From: Octopus vulgaris
Lineage: Eukaryota
Direction of reading: 5' to 3'
DNA: 64,000 bases
Assembly (NCBI GenBank): GCA_951406725.2
Contig: OX597814.1
Coordinates: 143,282,001-143,346,000 of the forward strand
Below the pieces are notes generated by a model, which was not told the origin of the DNA, ran no database searches, and saw only the letters and a list, made by a program, of their open reading frames with translations. This document shows positions 1 to 13,399 of this stretch, in pieces (the first letter of the stretch is position 1; every line of letters starts with the position of its first letter). Both the position numbers and the translations under genes were made by a program.

Positions 1-447
1 GTGAATGCGTATATCTCTTCTTTTCCTTCTGTCTGTTAGTCTGCTCTTCTCTCTCTCTCCCTCTCTCTCTCTCTCTCTCCCTCTCTCTCTCCCTCTCTCT
101 CTCTCTCTCTGTTTGTTTGTCACTCACTCCTGTATGTATCGATGGTTTGTATGTATATCATTATTCAATTTTATTTCAAGATTTCTAGCCTATAGAGAAA
201 GAGCCGATTTTTAACCTAGATCCCAGACTCCTTCATTGAAATTTCAACATCAGCAGACTTGTATGTTTTGTTTGTGTATGTATTTTTATGTTTTGTTTGT
301 GTATGACATTCTCATATATACCTAAATGATAAAATTCTGGAAAGTTTTACAGACTTTTACAGTTCCACTGATGGCGTGAATCAGTAGTCTTCGAATCAGC
401 TTTCGCCTTTCCCCTATGTATGTATGTATATATGTATGTATGAATGA

Positions 448-478
<31 letters not shown>

Positions 479-1543
479 TGTATGTATGTATGTATGTATG
501 TATGTATGTATGAATGAATGAATGTATGTATGTATGTATGTATGTATGTATGTATGTATGTATGTATGTATGTTTGGATTCATAGCTCGAATCCATTCGA
601 GTTCGGACTATTACCCTTCTAGGTATGATAAGTGCATCGCGCTACGCTTGTAAGTTTCATTTTGGCTGGATTCTCTCTGTAGCAGTAAGCACTTTACTGG
701 TTGTGTTGGGAATATTTCATCGTGGCCCCAGTAGCGTATACATTGTCATGTACTCGAGAAGTCAAGATAAAAGGATGCTACTATACCTACGATGTCTTTT
801 CTCATTCTTCAACTACATCACAAAGTATCTAAGATGCTTTAAAGGCTATCTAGTCGATAATACAAAACTAGAGGGTCTTTTCGAAACCTATGATGTTTCT
901 GCTCAATTGCCAACCTCGTTACAGAGTGCAATGGGTACGTTTGATGATGGTTCAAGTGCTAATGAGGTTGCTTGAACCCAGTAGAGCAGAAGAGATACTC
1001 ATTCTTTCTCCTTGTCCCTGTTCGTTCAGTGTAAGATGACTAAAGGAGCAGGCAGTTCGGAAGATAATCGTAAGTGGAAGAAAACAGGATACGAGGGTGA
1101 AACTGATTGACTGGAATAATAGTGTGGAAGAAGAGGGGTACATGGGAGAGAGAGAGTATTAGAAGAGTAATGATGAGAGAAGTAAAGGCAAGCTGTAGAG
1201 ATACTATGTCAGTACATATATGCAGGTAATAGAGAGGAAATTGATGGATAGTCGTACAAACAGATAGTGGTGAGAGAGAGAGTGATTGATGTCAACAACG
1301 AGTGACCTTGAGGAGAAGGAATGGCATTTAGCAGTACATAAGGAGGTTATAGTTGTGTTAACTAGAAAGAGAGATCATTAGTAATGGATAGCCGGGATAG
1401 CGATGGAAAATTAATGATAAATGCTAATAAGAGAGTGAGCTGAAAAAGAGGGAATGATAGAGAGCAGGAAGGAGGGAGTGAGGCTAACTGGAGAAGCTTA
1501 TCAGATATTAATAGATCCTGTGCAGTCACTAATTTCTCAGGTA

Positions 1544-2190
1544 ACTATTTCTTTACTACCCACAAGGGGCTAAACACAGGGAGGACAAACAAGGGCCGAC
1601 AAACGGATTAAGTCGATTATATCGACCCCAGTACGTAACTGGTACTTATTTAATCGACCCCGAAAGGATGAAAGGCAAATTCGACCTCGGTGGAATTTGA
1701 ACTCAGAACGTAACCGTAGACGAAATACCTATTTCTTTACTACCCACAAGGGGATAAACACAGAGAGGACAAACAAGGACAGACAGACGGATTAAGTCGA
1801 TTACATCGACCCCAGTGCGTAACTGGTACTTATTTAATCGACCCCGAAAGGATGAAAGGCAAAGTCGACCTCGGCGGAATTTGAACTCAGAACGTAGCGA
1901 CAGACGAAATACGGCTACACATTTCGCCCGGCGTGCTAACGTTTCTGCCAGCTCGCCGCCTTTTGTGACCGTAGACGAAATACCTATTTCTTTATTACCC
2001 ACAAGGGGCTAAACACAGAGCGGACAGACATAGGTATTAAGTCGATTAGATCGACCCCAGTGCGTAACTGGTACTTAATTTATCGACCCCGAAAGGATGA
2101 AAGGCAAAGTCGACCTCGGTGGAATTTGAACTCAGGACGTAACCGTAGACGAAATACCGTTAAGCATTTCGCCCGGCGTGCTAACGTTTC
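1544..2190 (-). mobile_element. SINE family A (tRNA head; Meta/MESC-like central domain), trimer
   Basis: Three head-to-tail units with B-box gagttcaaattc and body gcctttcatcctttcggggtcgat..aagtaccag on the minus strand. The whole block is flanked by the 11-bp direct repeat tttctcaggta (1533-1543, 2187-2197). Confidence 0.9.
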
Positions 2191-2696
2191 TCAGGTATCA
2201 TAATAGGAAGGACACACGGGTGGCAGATGATGCTTGCAGATAAAAGCGAGAGGGTGAGTGACGGGTAATTTTAGAACATGTGGGGAAATGATGATCAATA
2301 TGGTGCAGTGAATAGGAGGGGTAAAATAGAAAGATGAGGGTTTCGAATAACACAGGAGTGGCAGCAAGTAGAGATTTAGCATGACCAAAATGGACACACC
2401 GCCCAGTTGCTTATGTTTATATATATTATACATTAATGCATTTTATGTATTATGTGTACTTTAATATACATTTCGCTATGCTGGAACCAACCCTTGTCAT
2501 ATCCTCTATTCTTGAGAACAGTCTTTACTACTGCATCCCAAGTTTTCCTTGGTCTCCCCCTTCCTCAGTTTTCATTCACTTTGAGTGTTTGACAATCCCT
2601 TATCTATATTCGCCTTTATATACATCAAATGCAGCCCTCCCTTTTTCGCACTACTCCTAATTCTTCTTATATCCAGTTTTTCTCTTAACTTATTTC

Positions 2697-2993
2697 AGTG
2701 GTTCTCAACCAGGATCCATATGGCCCTTGAGGAACCATATAAGATTTTTGAAATTTTTGAAAAACTTTTACTATAGATGTATGTATTGGAATATTTATTG
2801 CAAGAAACAGCTGGGTTTCTTTCTCTAACATTTTACATAGTTCAACCTACACAAATTAACGCGTGAATAACTAAATAGGAATTTGAAAGAAATTTCTATA
2901 AAACTAGATTTTAAACATCGAATAACTGTGGGGTCTGCCAGGATAAAATAGTAATCAAAATGAGTCCATAGACTGAAAATGTTTGAGAACCCA
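2697..2993. mobile_element. hAT (Charlie-like) MITE
   Basis: Termini cagtggttctcaac ... tttgagaaccca. Related to the 50067 and 56842 elements. Confidence 0.7.
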
Positions 2994-3279
2994 TAGCTTA
3001 TTTGTATAACGTCAATCTTGTGAAGTGTGCCGACTTCATTTCTTTCCAGGTTTCCCAAAATCTTTGTTTTCAAGCTCCAGTTTCATTATTATGCAGCCTA
3101 TTAACTTGCATACAAAAGTGCTACCATCCGATTTTCATTGAGGGAAAAACTGAAAGATAAATTCTTAAAGGTTTTCTAACCTTTGTTTACTCCAATAACA
3201 GTGCTTTGAGGACACTCACCCACAACAACTAATCAGGTAATACTACATAAAAGAAACTATCTTTTATGACTAAGGAATC

Positions 3280-4060
3280 GTCTTGACATTTGAGACAATT
3301 TATTTCCTGCAAGACCTTAGCTTTCATTGTGTCAGTGCACCTGCCGCATGTGAAGTCAGACTTTTCTGCTAGAGCTCCTGTTATCTTTCAACACCGCCTA
3401 TGCGTTCATTGTTTATACTGGGAACACTCAACTGACTTTTGCATCAACCACTTCTCTGTATATCGACCAATGCCAGTTCCCTGGTAATAATAGAGTCTTG
3501 TCTTCTTTACTGCTTACCATAGCTTTAGTTACTGCTAAGATTACATTAATGATCTTCCATTCCAAATGTTACTTCAATGTCTGGAATTTCTTCTAATATT
3601 CTACAGTTTCAGCCTCCAGGACAAGATCATCAGCATAGAGAAGTTCCCAGGAATAGCTAGTCTTAAAGTCCTTCGTTATGGTTTGTAGAATAATCGGGGG
3701 CTGAATAGTGAGCTCTGATGAACGAATTTACCTGCACGCTAAATTCGTTGTTGAAGACTTTGTTGACACCCACCTTGCTAACTGCACTTCTAAGCATCGC
3801 TTGTACGACTTCCATAAGACATTCGTCTAACCTTAACTTCCTTAGCAACCACCTGATCTTAAGGCGAGGAAAGCCGTTCAAGGCCCTTTTCAGGTCTAAG
3901 AGTGATATATAGGGATACATCTCTTGCAATTGCCCCACCAGGAATACGACATCAGTAGTACCACTTCCTGGCACGAAGTCGAACCACATATCATCTAGGT
4001 CAGTCTTAGAGTTTTGCAAAAACTCTTTCCAGAACTTTCATAACCTTGGTCCAATTTGCT
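3280..4060 (-). mobile_element. RTE-like non-LTR retrotransposon fragment (reverse transcriptase domain), degenerate
   Basis: ORF 3663-4019 has FVPGSGTTDVVF..QLQE..DLKRA..LRKL. The next frame gives WELLYADDLVL (3621-3653), the RT YADD motif. Confidence 0.88.
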
Positions 4061-4721
4061 CCCTGTTATCTGTAGCCCAACACTTTTGCTTTTGTAACAT
4101 TTATGCTGATGGTGTTATTCCATATATTGGCTATGAAACATATTTGTGTTTGTCTGTCCGTGAGTCTCTCTGTCAGCCTGCCTGTTGTCTGTCTGTTTGT
4201 CTGTCCGTCTCGGCCGGAAATAAATAAGACAAATTTGAATTTATTCAGAATAGTCACTCTCGACAACAAAGACATAATCCAAATTATACATATTTCTGCA
4301 TCGAATAACAACTACGGAAGGTGCCAACAATAACATCTTTAGCTATACTCAGAGTTATTAATATAATTGTTTTTCAAAATATCCCAGTAATGCATCATAA
4401 GTAGGAATCTGCTAGAGTATTCTATAAACTAGATTTAAAGAAATTGATGTAAAAGTGCTCAAGGTAAACATATTAGAATAAAATACACACTTCATTGTTG
4501 TTTTTTTTTATATCAGTTATATCGCCCTAAGCTTTGGTTTAGGAGCACTTTAGTGGATTCCTGCTTCTGAATTCCTGATATATTTTTGAGGATGTATGTG
4601 TGTGTGTGTGCATGTATATGTATATATTCATATGTATATAAGTGTGCATGTATGTATGTATATATATACTTATATATATATACATATATAGATGTACTTA
4701 TATATACATATACATACATCT

Positions 4722-4753
<32 letters not shown>

Positions 4754-4789
4754 GCATTATATAAGTATATGTATGCATGTATGTATGAA

Positions 4790-4856
<67 letters not shown>

Positions 4857-5039
4857 TCAGAGATAGAGAGAGAAGCGGGTGGAGAGCAAGCGATACAAAT
4901 TGGTATACAATAATTTTATTGTTCGCAGAGAAAAAAAAATGACAATCAACATTGCTAATGTGCTTTTACATGTCTCTGTTACATTCAATCAAACATTCAC
5001 CACTGCTCTTTTGAGGAAGTAAGGTATTTTTTTTTTGCA

Positions 5040-5071
<32 letters not shown>

Positions 5072-5101
5072 CATATGTATATGTATATGTGTGTATATAT
5101 A

Positions 5102-5262
<161 letters not shown>

Positions 5263-5869
5263 TTATATATATATATGTATGTATGTATATGTATCAGTTC
5301 AGTGATTCTTAAGTAGTAAGACGATGCAATAACGGACGGATTTGGTAGGGCAGAAGAGAGAGAGAGAGACAGGGTGAAAGAGGGAGAGAGAAGTAGGGGG
5401 AGGTAGAGAGCGTGAGAGAGAAGATAGAGATAGAGAGAAATAGAGAGAGAAAGAGAGAAAGTGAGAAAGGGAGAAAGAGAGAGAGAGAGAGAGAGTGGTT
5501 TGTGTGTAAAGATGTGTGCTAGTTGCGTCTGGAACCATTTGAAAACTTGGCATTATGTTTCCAGGGGATTATCGAGATGTAAACGTTGTCTAGTCAATAA
5601 ATATGGAAAGTAGTTCATGGCCTCCGCCGTCGACGCAGTAAGAAAGAAAATGGCAATACAGAAGCAGGAAGGAGGTTGGTTCTTTGGTTGGAAGTCTGCG
5701 TCTCAACTACCGAGATTCTGGCTTCAGTCTCTCTCTGCGCGGAACCTTGGACAAATATCTTCTAATATTGACCCCGCGCCGAGCAGAGCCTTGAGAGTGG
5801 ATTTGGTAGACGGAAACTGAAAAAAAGCGCATCGTATGTGAGCGTGTGTGTGTATATATATCTGAGTCT

Positions 5870-6192
5870 GAGAACCCCTTCGGTGACGACACTGACCATG
5901 GGATTGCACCTAGAAAGTTACCCTCCCAGGCACAAGTCCGTGCAAGGTTGTTTATGGAAGACCAGCAGTCAGCCATGCATACCGGACTCCCCTCTCCACG
6001 CCACCAATATTATATAAGGGAAAGAAGGCAAGGGCCGATACAGCTTGGCATCTGTGATGTCGCAACTCATTTCTACAGCTGAGTGAACTGGAGCAACGTG
6101 AAATAAAGTGTCTTGCTCAATTCCGGTCTGGAATTCGAGCTCACAATCTCACGATCGTAAGCTCGACGCTCTAACCACTGAGCCATGCGCCT
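5870..6192 (-). mobile_element. SINE family C (tRNA head, V/CORE-like ttgagcaagacacttt segment) nested in a SINE B
   Basis: Minus strand ggcgcatggctcagtggttagagcg (A-box) with B-box-like segment, matching the 56310 and 60952 copies. Confidence 0.85.
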
Positions 6193-6208
6193 TTACTCTG
6201 TGTGTGTA

Positions 6209-6239
<31 letters not shown>

Positions 6240-6711
6240 ATGTATGTATGTATGTATGTATGTATGTATGTATGTGTTTGTTTGTGTTTGTCTCTTGCCA
6301 TCACTTGACGACCGGTGTTGGTGTGTATACGTTCCCATGACTTAGCGGTTTGGCAAAAGCAAGCGATAAAATAAGTATCAGGCTGCAAATAAATAAATAA
6401 AATTCTAGGGTCGATGCATTCGACTAAAATTCTTCAAAGCAGTACTCCAGCATGGCCGCATTCGAAATGACTAAGAACAAAACTAGAAGAGAGAAGATAA
6501 AAAAATTTCAGTAAGCTTCTTCATAGCAGGTACTCGGATAACTAGTTCTCCAATAACCAGTACTCCGTTAAGTAGTACTCCATGCCCGTCGCTATGGGAG
6601 TGCACTGGACGGCCCTTCCCCAGTCACTATTCAATGGTGCAGCCCCCGCAGTTTTACAGTGATACACTTATTTCGAAACTTCACTTTAACATTATTATCA
6701 CAAATTAATAA

Positions 6712-6846
6712 GGAGGCGAGCTAGCAGAATTGTTATCACACCGGGCGAAATGCTTTGCGGCATTTCGTCCGTCTTCACATTTTGAGTTCAAATTCCGCCG
6801 AGGTCGGCTTTGCTTTTCATCCTTCCGGAGTCGATAAAATAAGTAT
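6712..6846 (+). mobile_element. SINE A, 3'-truncated
   Basis: ggaggcgagctagcagaa head, B-box and central domain. Confidence 0.8.
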
Positions 6847-7228
6847 TGTTCTTTACTTCAGCTTTATTATTGTTTTTATTTATAGCGTCCTTTGCCATAA
6901 ATCTTTCGCCACACGTCCTGTGACCGCTTCAGCGACTCTCCATCCCACGTATCACTTCCTGTCGCGTTTAACCCATTCAAGAATGAACTTTTACTTAGAT
7001 TATACTTTATTTCTTCCTATTTTTTTCTTATTTCTATATTCAGAATATTAATGTATATACAGATGTATAAAGTTTTAATGTGTTTTGTAAGGTGATAACT
7101 AATTCAAAAAGCGATGATGACATATCCGACAACCCTTCAGTATCCTGATGTCTGTGTGACAGTTTTTCATCATAGAAGTGTGCGATTATGATTATTCATA
7201 AGCTAAGCAGCAAGAATTGCAATAATCC

Positions 7229-8268
7229 TTTCTAATCTAGGCACATGGCCTGAAATTAGAAGGGAGGGTAGTAGTCGATTACATCGACCCCAGTGTGACA
7301 CTGGTACTTAATATATCGACTCCGAAAGGATGACAGGTGAAGCTGACCTCAATGGGATTTGAACTCAGGACGTAGCAACGGGCGTAATATAGCGCTAAGT
7401 ATTTTGTTCAATGTGCTAATATCTGCCAGCTCGCCGCCTTTGTTTGAACTGTAATAATCCATTCTACTGGAGGCACAAGGCCTAAGATTTGTTGGGTGGG
7501 GACTAGTCGATTTTATCGACCCCAGTGCGTAACTGGTACTTAATTTATCGTCCCCGAAATGATGAAAGACAAAGTCGACATCGGTGGAATTTGAACTCAG
7601 AACGTAGCGACGGGCGAAATACCTATTTCTTTACTACCCACAAGGGACTAAACACAGAGAGGACAAACAAGAACAGACAAACGGATTAAGTCAATTATAT
7701 CGACCCCAGTGCGTAACTGGTACTTATTTAACCGACCCTGAAAGGATGAAAGACAAAGTCGACCTCGGCGGAATTTGAATTTAGAACGTAACGGCAGACG
7801 AAATACCGCTAAGTATTTTGTTCGGTGTGCTAATATCTGCCAGCTCGCCGCCTTTGTAAGAACTGTAATAATCCTGGGTGGGGACTAGTCGATTATCTCG
7901 ACACCACTGTTTCACTATTACTTAATTTATCGTCCCCGAAAGGATAAAAAGCAAAGTCGACCTCGGTGGAATTTGAACTCAGAACGTAGCGACGGGCGAA
8001 ATACCACTAAGCGTTTCGCTCGGCGTGGTAACGACTCTGCCAGCTCGCCATCATTGTTAGAACTGTAATAATGGCTTCAAATTTTGGCCCAATGCCAGCA
8101 AGTTTAAGGAATGGGGGGGAAGTCGGTTGTATTTACCCCAGTGCTCAACTGGCACGTATTTTATCGATCCTGAAAGGATGAAAGGTAAAGTCGACCCCGG
8201 CGGATTTTGAACCCAGAAGGTACAGACGGACGAAACAACGCTAAGCATTTAGGCTGCACGCCGCCTTC
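7229..8268 (-). mobile_element. Tandem cluster of about five SINE A copies
   Basis: The core atcgaccccgaaaggatgaaaggcaaagtcgacc recurs at about 7315, 7547, 7731, 7929 and 8163. Confidence 0.9.
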
Positions 8269-8531
8269 GCAAAAACAGTAATGATAACAACTCCGGTAAC
8301 AGAGCTTCTACATGGCCGCTAGACATAGCAGCGATGTCACCATGAACCTCACCGTAATGTTTTGAATGTATGAATAATGTAAACTTGCATACTCCTAAAG
8401 AGGTATGATTGACAAGAATAAAGAATCTTACGTCATAGGTTTTGTTCGTTCAGAGTTGACCTGCAGCTGAACAACAACAACAACAATAATGATTAACAAC
8501 AGCAGCACCACTACCATCACTTGTCCCTCCA

Positions 8532-8565
<34 letters not shown>

Positions 8566-9086
8566 CCACACATACAACCAACAACGCTGCCAATACTGCT
8601 AACAACCATCAGTACCATCACAAATCACCACAACAACAGCAGCAGCAGCATTTATCACCACCACCCCCACCGCCATCACCATCACCACCGCCATCACCAT
8701 CACCACCACCACACCTACTATAAACAACAACAATAACAAAAGCTACGACAACAACAATATCGACACTAGCATGGTTTTAAATTGTCGAAAAACAGTTGCT
8801 TTTAAGTGGTGAACCAGAAGTAATTTCGCGATGAAAATTCCCTATTCTAGCCAAAATGGCTTCAGAAACATTATTTTTATTGTATTAATTATTTATAAGC
8901 CGCTGGGATCGAGATTGCCTTTCATCCTTGTGGAGTCGATAAAATAGGTAACACCCCCTAAAATATCAGGTCTTGTGCCTCGCTTAGAGATCGTTAATAA
9001 TTTATAAACTCGCCCAAGTGAAAACCACAAAAAGAGACGATTATGCATGTATGTGCGTGTGTGTATGTGCGTGTACGTATGTATAT

Positions 9087-9135
<49 letters not shown>

Positions 9136-9644
9136 CATATTATATGCGTATGTATGTATCTATGTATGTACGTATGCGGATGTATTAAAAATATGCATAC
9201 ATAATAACACAAACATAAACAAACGCATGGATATACATAATACGTATGTACAATACGATATATTCAAATATGAATATGCTATTTTTGAAATGAAGGAAAT
9301 CTCCATCGCAGGAGGATAGCTGTGAAAATAGTTTAGAGAATTGGGTAAAAATACTGTTATAGAGGGAAGAAAGAGGCCAGCAGGCCGCTACACAGAATTG
9401 AATTCTGTACTTTGTTTATGAATATGCTAGCATATACTATAGACATACACACATACATACATACAACAAGACCTTGTTGGTTTTGTTGAAATTCCAGTGA
9501 AGGAGCCTTGGATCTGAGTTAGATCTATTGGCAAGAAATCTTGAAATAAAATTGGATAATGGTATACAGTAATCCGTTGCCATATCGCGGTTCATTATTT
9601 AAGCTTACGTCGATTCCTCCACGGTGTTGTTTTTCCATTTATAA

Positions 9645-9703
<59 letters not shown>

Positions 9704-10216
9704 ATAATAGTAATAATAATCGTTTCTACTCAAGGCACAAGGCCCAAAATTTTGGGGGAGGGGGGCCAGTCGATTAGATCGACCCCAGTACACAACTGGT
9801 ACTTAATTCAACGACCCCGAAAGGATGAAAGGCAAAGTCAACCTCGGCTTAATAATAAACATACAGTACAGTACTGTTTCTACTTCGCGGATTTTCACCT
9901 ATCGCGGGTTCTTTTGGAACGTAAGTTAGGGATTACTGGACATACACACACACACACACACAAACACACACAGACACACACACACACACATACTCACACA
10001 CAGACACACACACCCATGCAAGTATATATGCATGTTATGCATAAATATATATATATTTATATATTTTTTATGTCTTTACATGTATATTCATGTATATAGG
10101 CGCAGGAATAGCTGTGTGGTAAGTAGCTTGCTTCCCAACCACATGGTGGTGCTCCAGCATGGCCGCAATCAAATGACTGAAACAAATAAAATAAAAAATT
10201 AAAAAATGTGTGTGTG

Positions 10217-10257
<41 letters not shown>

Positions 10258-11099
10258 TCGTGTGTGTGTGCATGTGCGTATGTGAATGTGTCTGAATGTA
10301 TATATGTTTGTGTGTATATATACGCTTACATATATGTATATATATACATATAAATCGATTCATATATTCATATAGTGTGTGTATGTGTGTGTGTGTGTGC
10401 GTTCGTATGCGCGCGGGTGTATATATGTATGTATGTATGGATGGATGGATGGATGGATGGATGGATGAATGAATGGATGAACGTATTCAAAGTTGATGAA
10501 TCACGACTCTAACGCTGTTCAGGTATTATTGTTACGCGTGATCCTTAATGTATCGCCCAAAGGATCTTCGCAAACAACTCATAGTATAATTATCAGCTTC
10601 AAGGGAATAAACTCTACTGCGTGTTGTGAGTACACTTTACCCGTTTCCATATTATGTTCCATGCTACATCACACACACACACGCGCGCGCGCGTGTATGT
10701 ACAGACATAACTGCTTGTGTTTATGTCAAGTTATAATATATTAATGCAAATCAACATTAAGTTGAAAAATTACTCAATACTTTTTTCTTTAGTACATGTT
10801 AATTTAGTTTTCGCAAGAAGGTAGATGTGTGACTGTGACTTCGAAGTTTCAGCGCGTTAGTGCCTTTATTGCATCGTTTACATACATACATACATACATA
10901 CATGGTGGCTGCCCCCTCGTTATCGAGTATGGCCATTGCACGAAGCTTAATCAATGTTGGTATCGTGCAATGCCTGTGCAAGAAGATTTTTTTAAAGTGA
11001 GGAAAGGCTGTGCACTAAGTCAACCCCACTCACTAAGCAACAGCAGTCATAATCCGAAAAGAAGAACAAGTCAACATCATCGGTAACCACTGAGCCGCA

Positions 11100-11445
11100 G
11101 GTTTTATGTCGGAGTTATTCCAGTTATCTGAGTTACCTTCTCCTAGAAGGATGCCCTTAGAGTCCTTCACTCCCAATGGTTTTACCGCGGGTATTGAGTA
11201 TCGGGTATTCAGTCCGATTATTTCTATGTCCCCGCGGATGATACATCCTTAAGACATTTATCGGATGGCCATTGACTCTCAAGAGTTCCTCCGCTCTTTG
11301 ACGGGTTTTGTTTTTCATCCCGCAGGGTGTCCAATAAACACCCTCCTCACCAAGCAAGCTTGGTGGGGTTGCCGGTTTAGTCGCCGACGACCCGACCATG
11401 CAACAGGTTATACTGGGTTACATGTTACCAGCAGCACTCGAAAGT
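11100..11445 (-). mobile_element. Dispersed repeat resembling an RTE-LINE 5' region; second copy at about 52195-52360 (+)
   Basis: ctggtaacatgtaacccagt..ctaaac.ggcaacccca..gcttggtgag..aaacccgtcaaag is shared between the two loci. Confidence 0.6.
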
Positions 11446-12544
11446 GACCTGACATACATACATACATATATACACACACATATATACATACACACACAGA
11501 CATATAATTGATGAAGGAAACGGAAGATGGATTTAGTACGACGATCGTTTCGACCCATCCTGCATCTGTCCCTTATGGCTAGGATATTGTGCATCTAGTT
11601 GTGTTGCCTGAATCCGTGCAGGTTGTGTCACTTCAGGTGTTTATTGTAGAAAAAGATATTCCACTAAATATACTGAATTCTTCTCGGCATGCTGTTCTTG
11701 CTCGTTGTACGTGGGTCCACTATAAGTGTGTGTGTGTATGTGTGTGTACAGATGCGTTTTCGTGGTATAACTAAGCCTCATTTTTTCTTGTTTAATTAAT
11801 TTTCATAGACAGATATTGCCTCCCACCAGGCACGCTTGCATATTAACGTCTCTGTTTCCTTCGTGCATATTTGAATGACTACATCATCAAGGTTCCCTCT
11901 GCTTTAGTTGATGCTATTCTATGGTCCTCAAAGTTAACACTAAGACCCAAAGTAAGTACTATAGCCACCAAGTTAGTTGATAGACGGGAACATTCTACGT
12001 CGGCCTCTTCTGCAAAGCTGTTCGACGCGGTTGTGAACTCCTTATCATCAGTGTTGGAGGAATACCAAGTTTACGAATCAAGGCATGCAGAGGAGAGTAA
12101 AAGTCTTATCACCTACATCTTCCGTTTTAATCGATGACCAGCTGCTCTACTCAGGTAATTATCACTGCAGTTAAAGACCGCTGGTGATAATATTCTTACG
12201 GCATATGAGAATAGAGTTTGAACATGATGTGTGTTGATATTTAATAGTCACTCGAGGAAAGATTATTGACCAAACGATGAATATTACTATCAGTAGCTTA
12301 TTTATCTCCCTCATTTCTTGTATCGATATGCTACAAGTCTATATGATTGATGTGAGTATTACATAATTTGGTGCTGTGAGTAAAGTTAGAGTGACAAATG
12401 GATACTTGAAGCTGTCTGCACTCAATAAAACTATATTTTCCATATCGTTGTTTTCGTGTCAGTGCCAGGACAAACATTTGTGGTAGAAGGCTGAACCCTT
12501 GAAGAGATACCTGCAATCTGACATTCAAGACTAGAAAGATATTG

Positions 12545-12760
12545 ATTTCAAAATTTGGCACTAAGCTGGCAAGCTCGTGGGGAAGGGATTAAGCCGATTA
12601 CACCGACCCCCGTGCGCAATTGGTACGTATTTTATCGACCTCGAAAGGATAAAAGGCAAAGTCAATCTCGGTGGAATTTGAAATCAGAACGTAAAGACGG
12701 ACGAAATACCGCTAAGCACTTTGCCCGGCGTGCTAACGATTCTACCAGCTTGCCGCCGTC
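12545..12760 (-). mobile_element. SINE A
   Basis: Full match to the family consensus seen elsewhere in the window. Confidence 0.85.
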
Positions 12761-13399
12761 AAACTAGAAAGATATTAACTATCACAAGTAACTTTCTTAT
12801 GAACGGAGATTGAGTAGATCTACGTAGATACAGAAGAATGGAAACAGAGCCATAAGGTCGGTCATTAGGCCATCGTTTAAGGCAGACACGCTGAAGAGTA
12901 AAGGGGGGAAAATGAATAGATCATAATTTTATTCAACAGTGAAAATAAAAATACTGAAAATGGGCAAAACACTCCTGAATAATACGGTGTATAAATACAA
13001 ACTTGTTAGCAGTTCAAATATGTTTGGGGCATATTCGAATACATAAGGGAGCCATTCGCTGTGTTTTATCACGGAGAAATGTTTCTTGTTGTAAGCAAAT
13101 AGACGTATATACACTGAATCAGCTCACAACGCCACCTGACCAGACAATAGGATACATTCATTCGGAGTGGTTATCTCCTCTTCAACCCCAGAAACTGAAC
13201 AAGAAGTCACTGTATTCCGAGTGGAGACATTTTTATGTGAGACCAGAGTATCTGGACTAATTTACTTAAACAGAAACTTGGGGAGGGTACGAAACACTCA
13301 TCATGTCAGCAGGAAGTTATGCAAGGATATATAGCTAGCAAAAGGATACCGGCAACATTGATAAAAAGATTAACCGCTCCTGTATTTGTGATAGATAAA

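Noticed and set aside
1815-2012. Recurring small ORF family MRNWYLFNRPRKDERQSRPRRNLNSER (about 10 copies)
   Set aside because: It is the antisense translation of SINE A with a non-ATG start and variable stops, not a gene family.
7214-8285. CRISPR-like repeat-spacer periodicity
   Set aside because: The 'spacers' are homologous SINE copies of over 200 bp in eukaryotic DNA and no cas genes are present.
11871-12137. 88-aa non-repetitive ORF
   Set aside because: Non-ATG start, no recognisable motif and no convincing splice signals.
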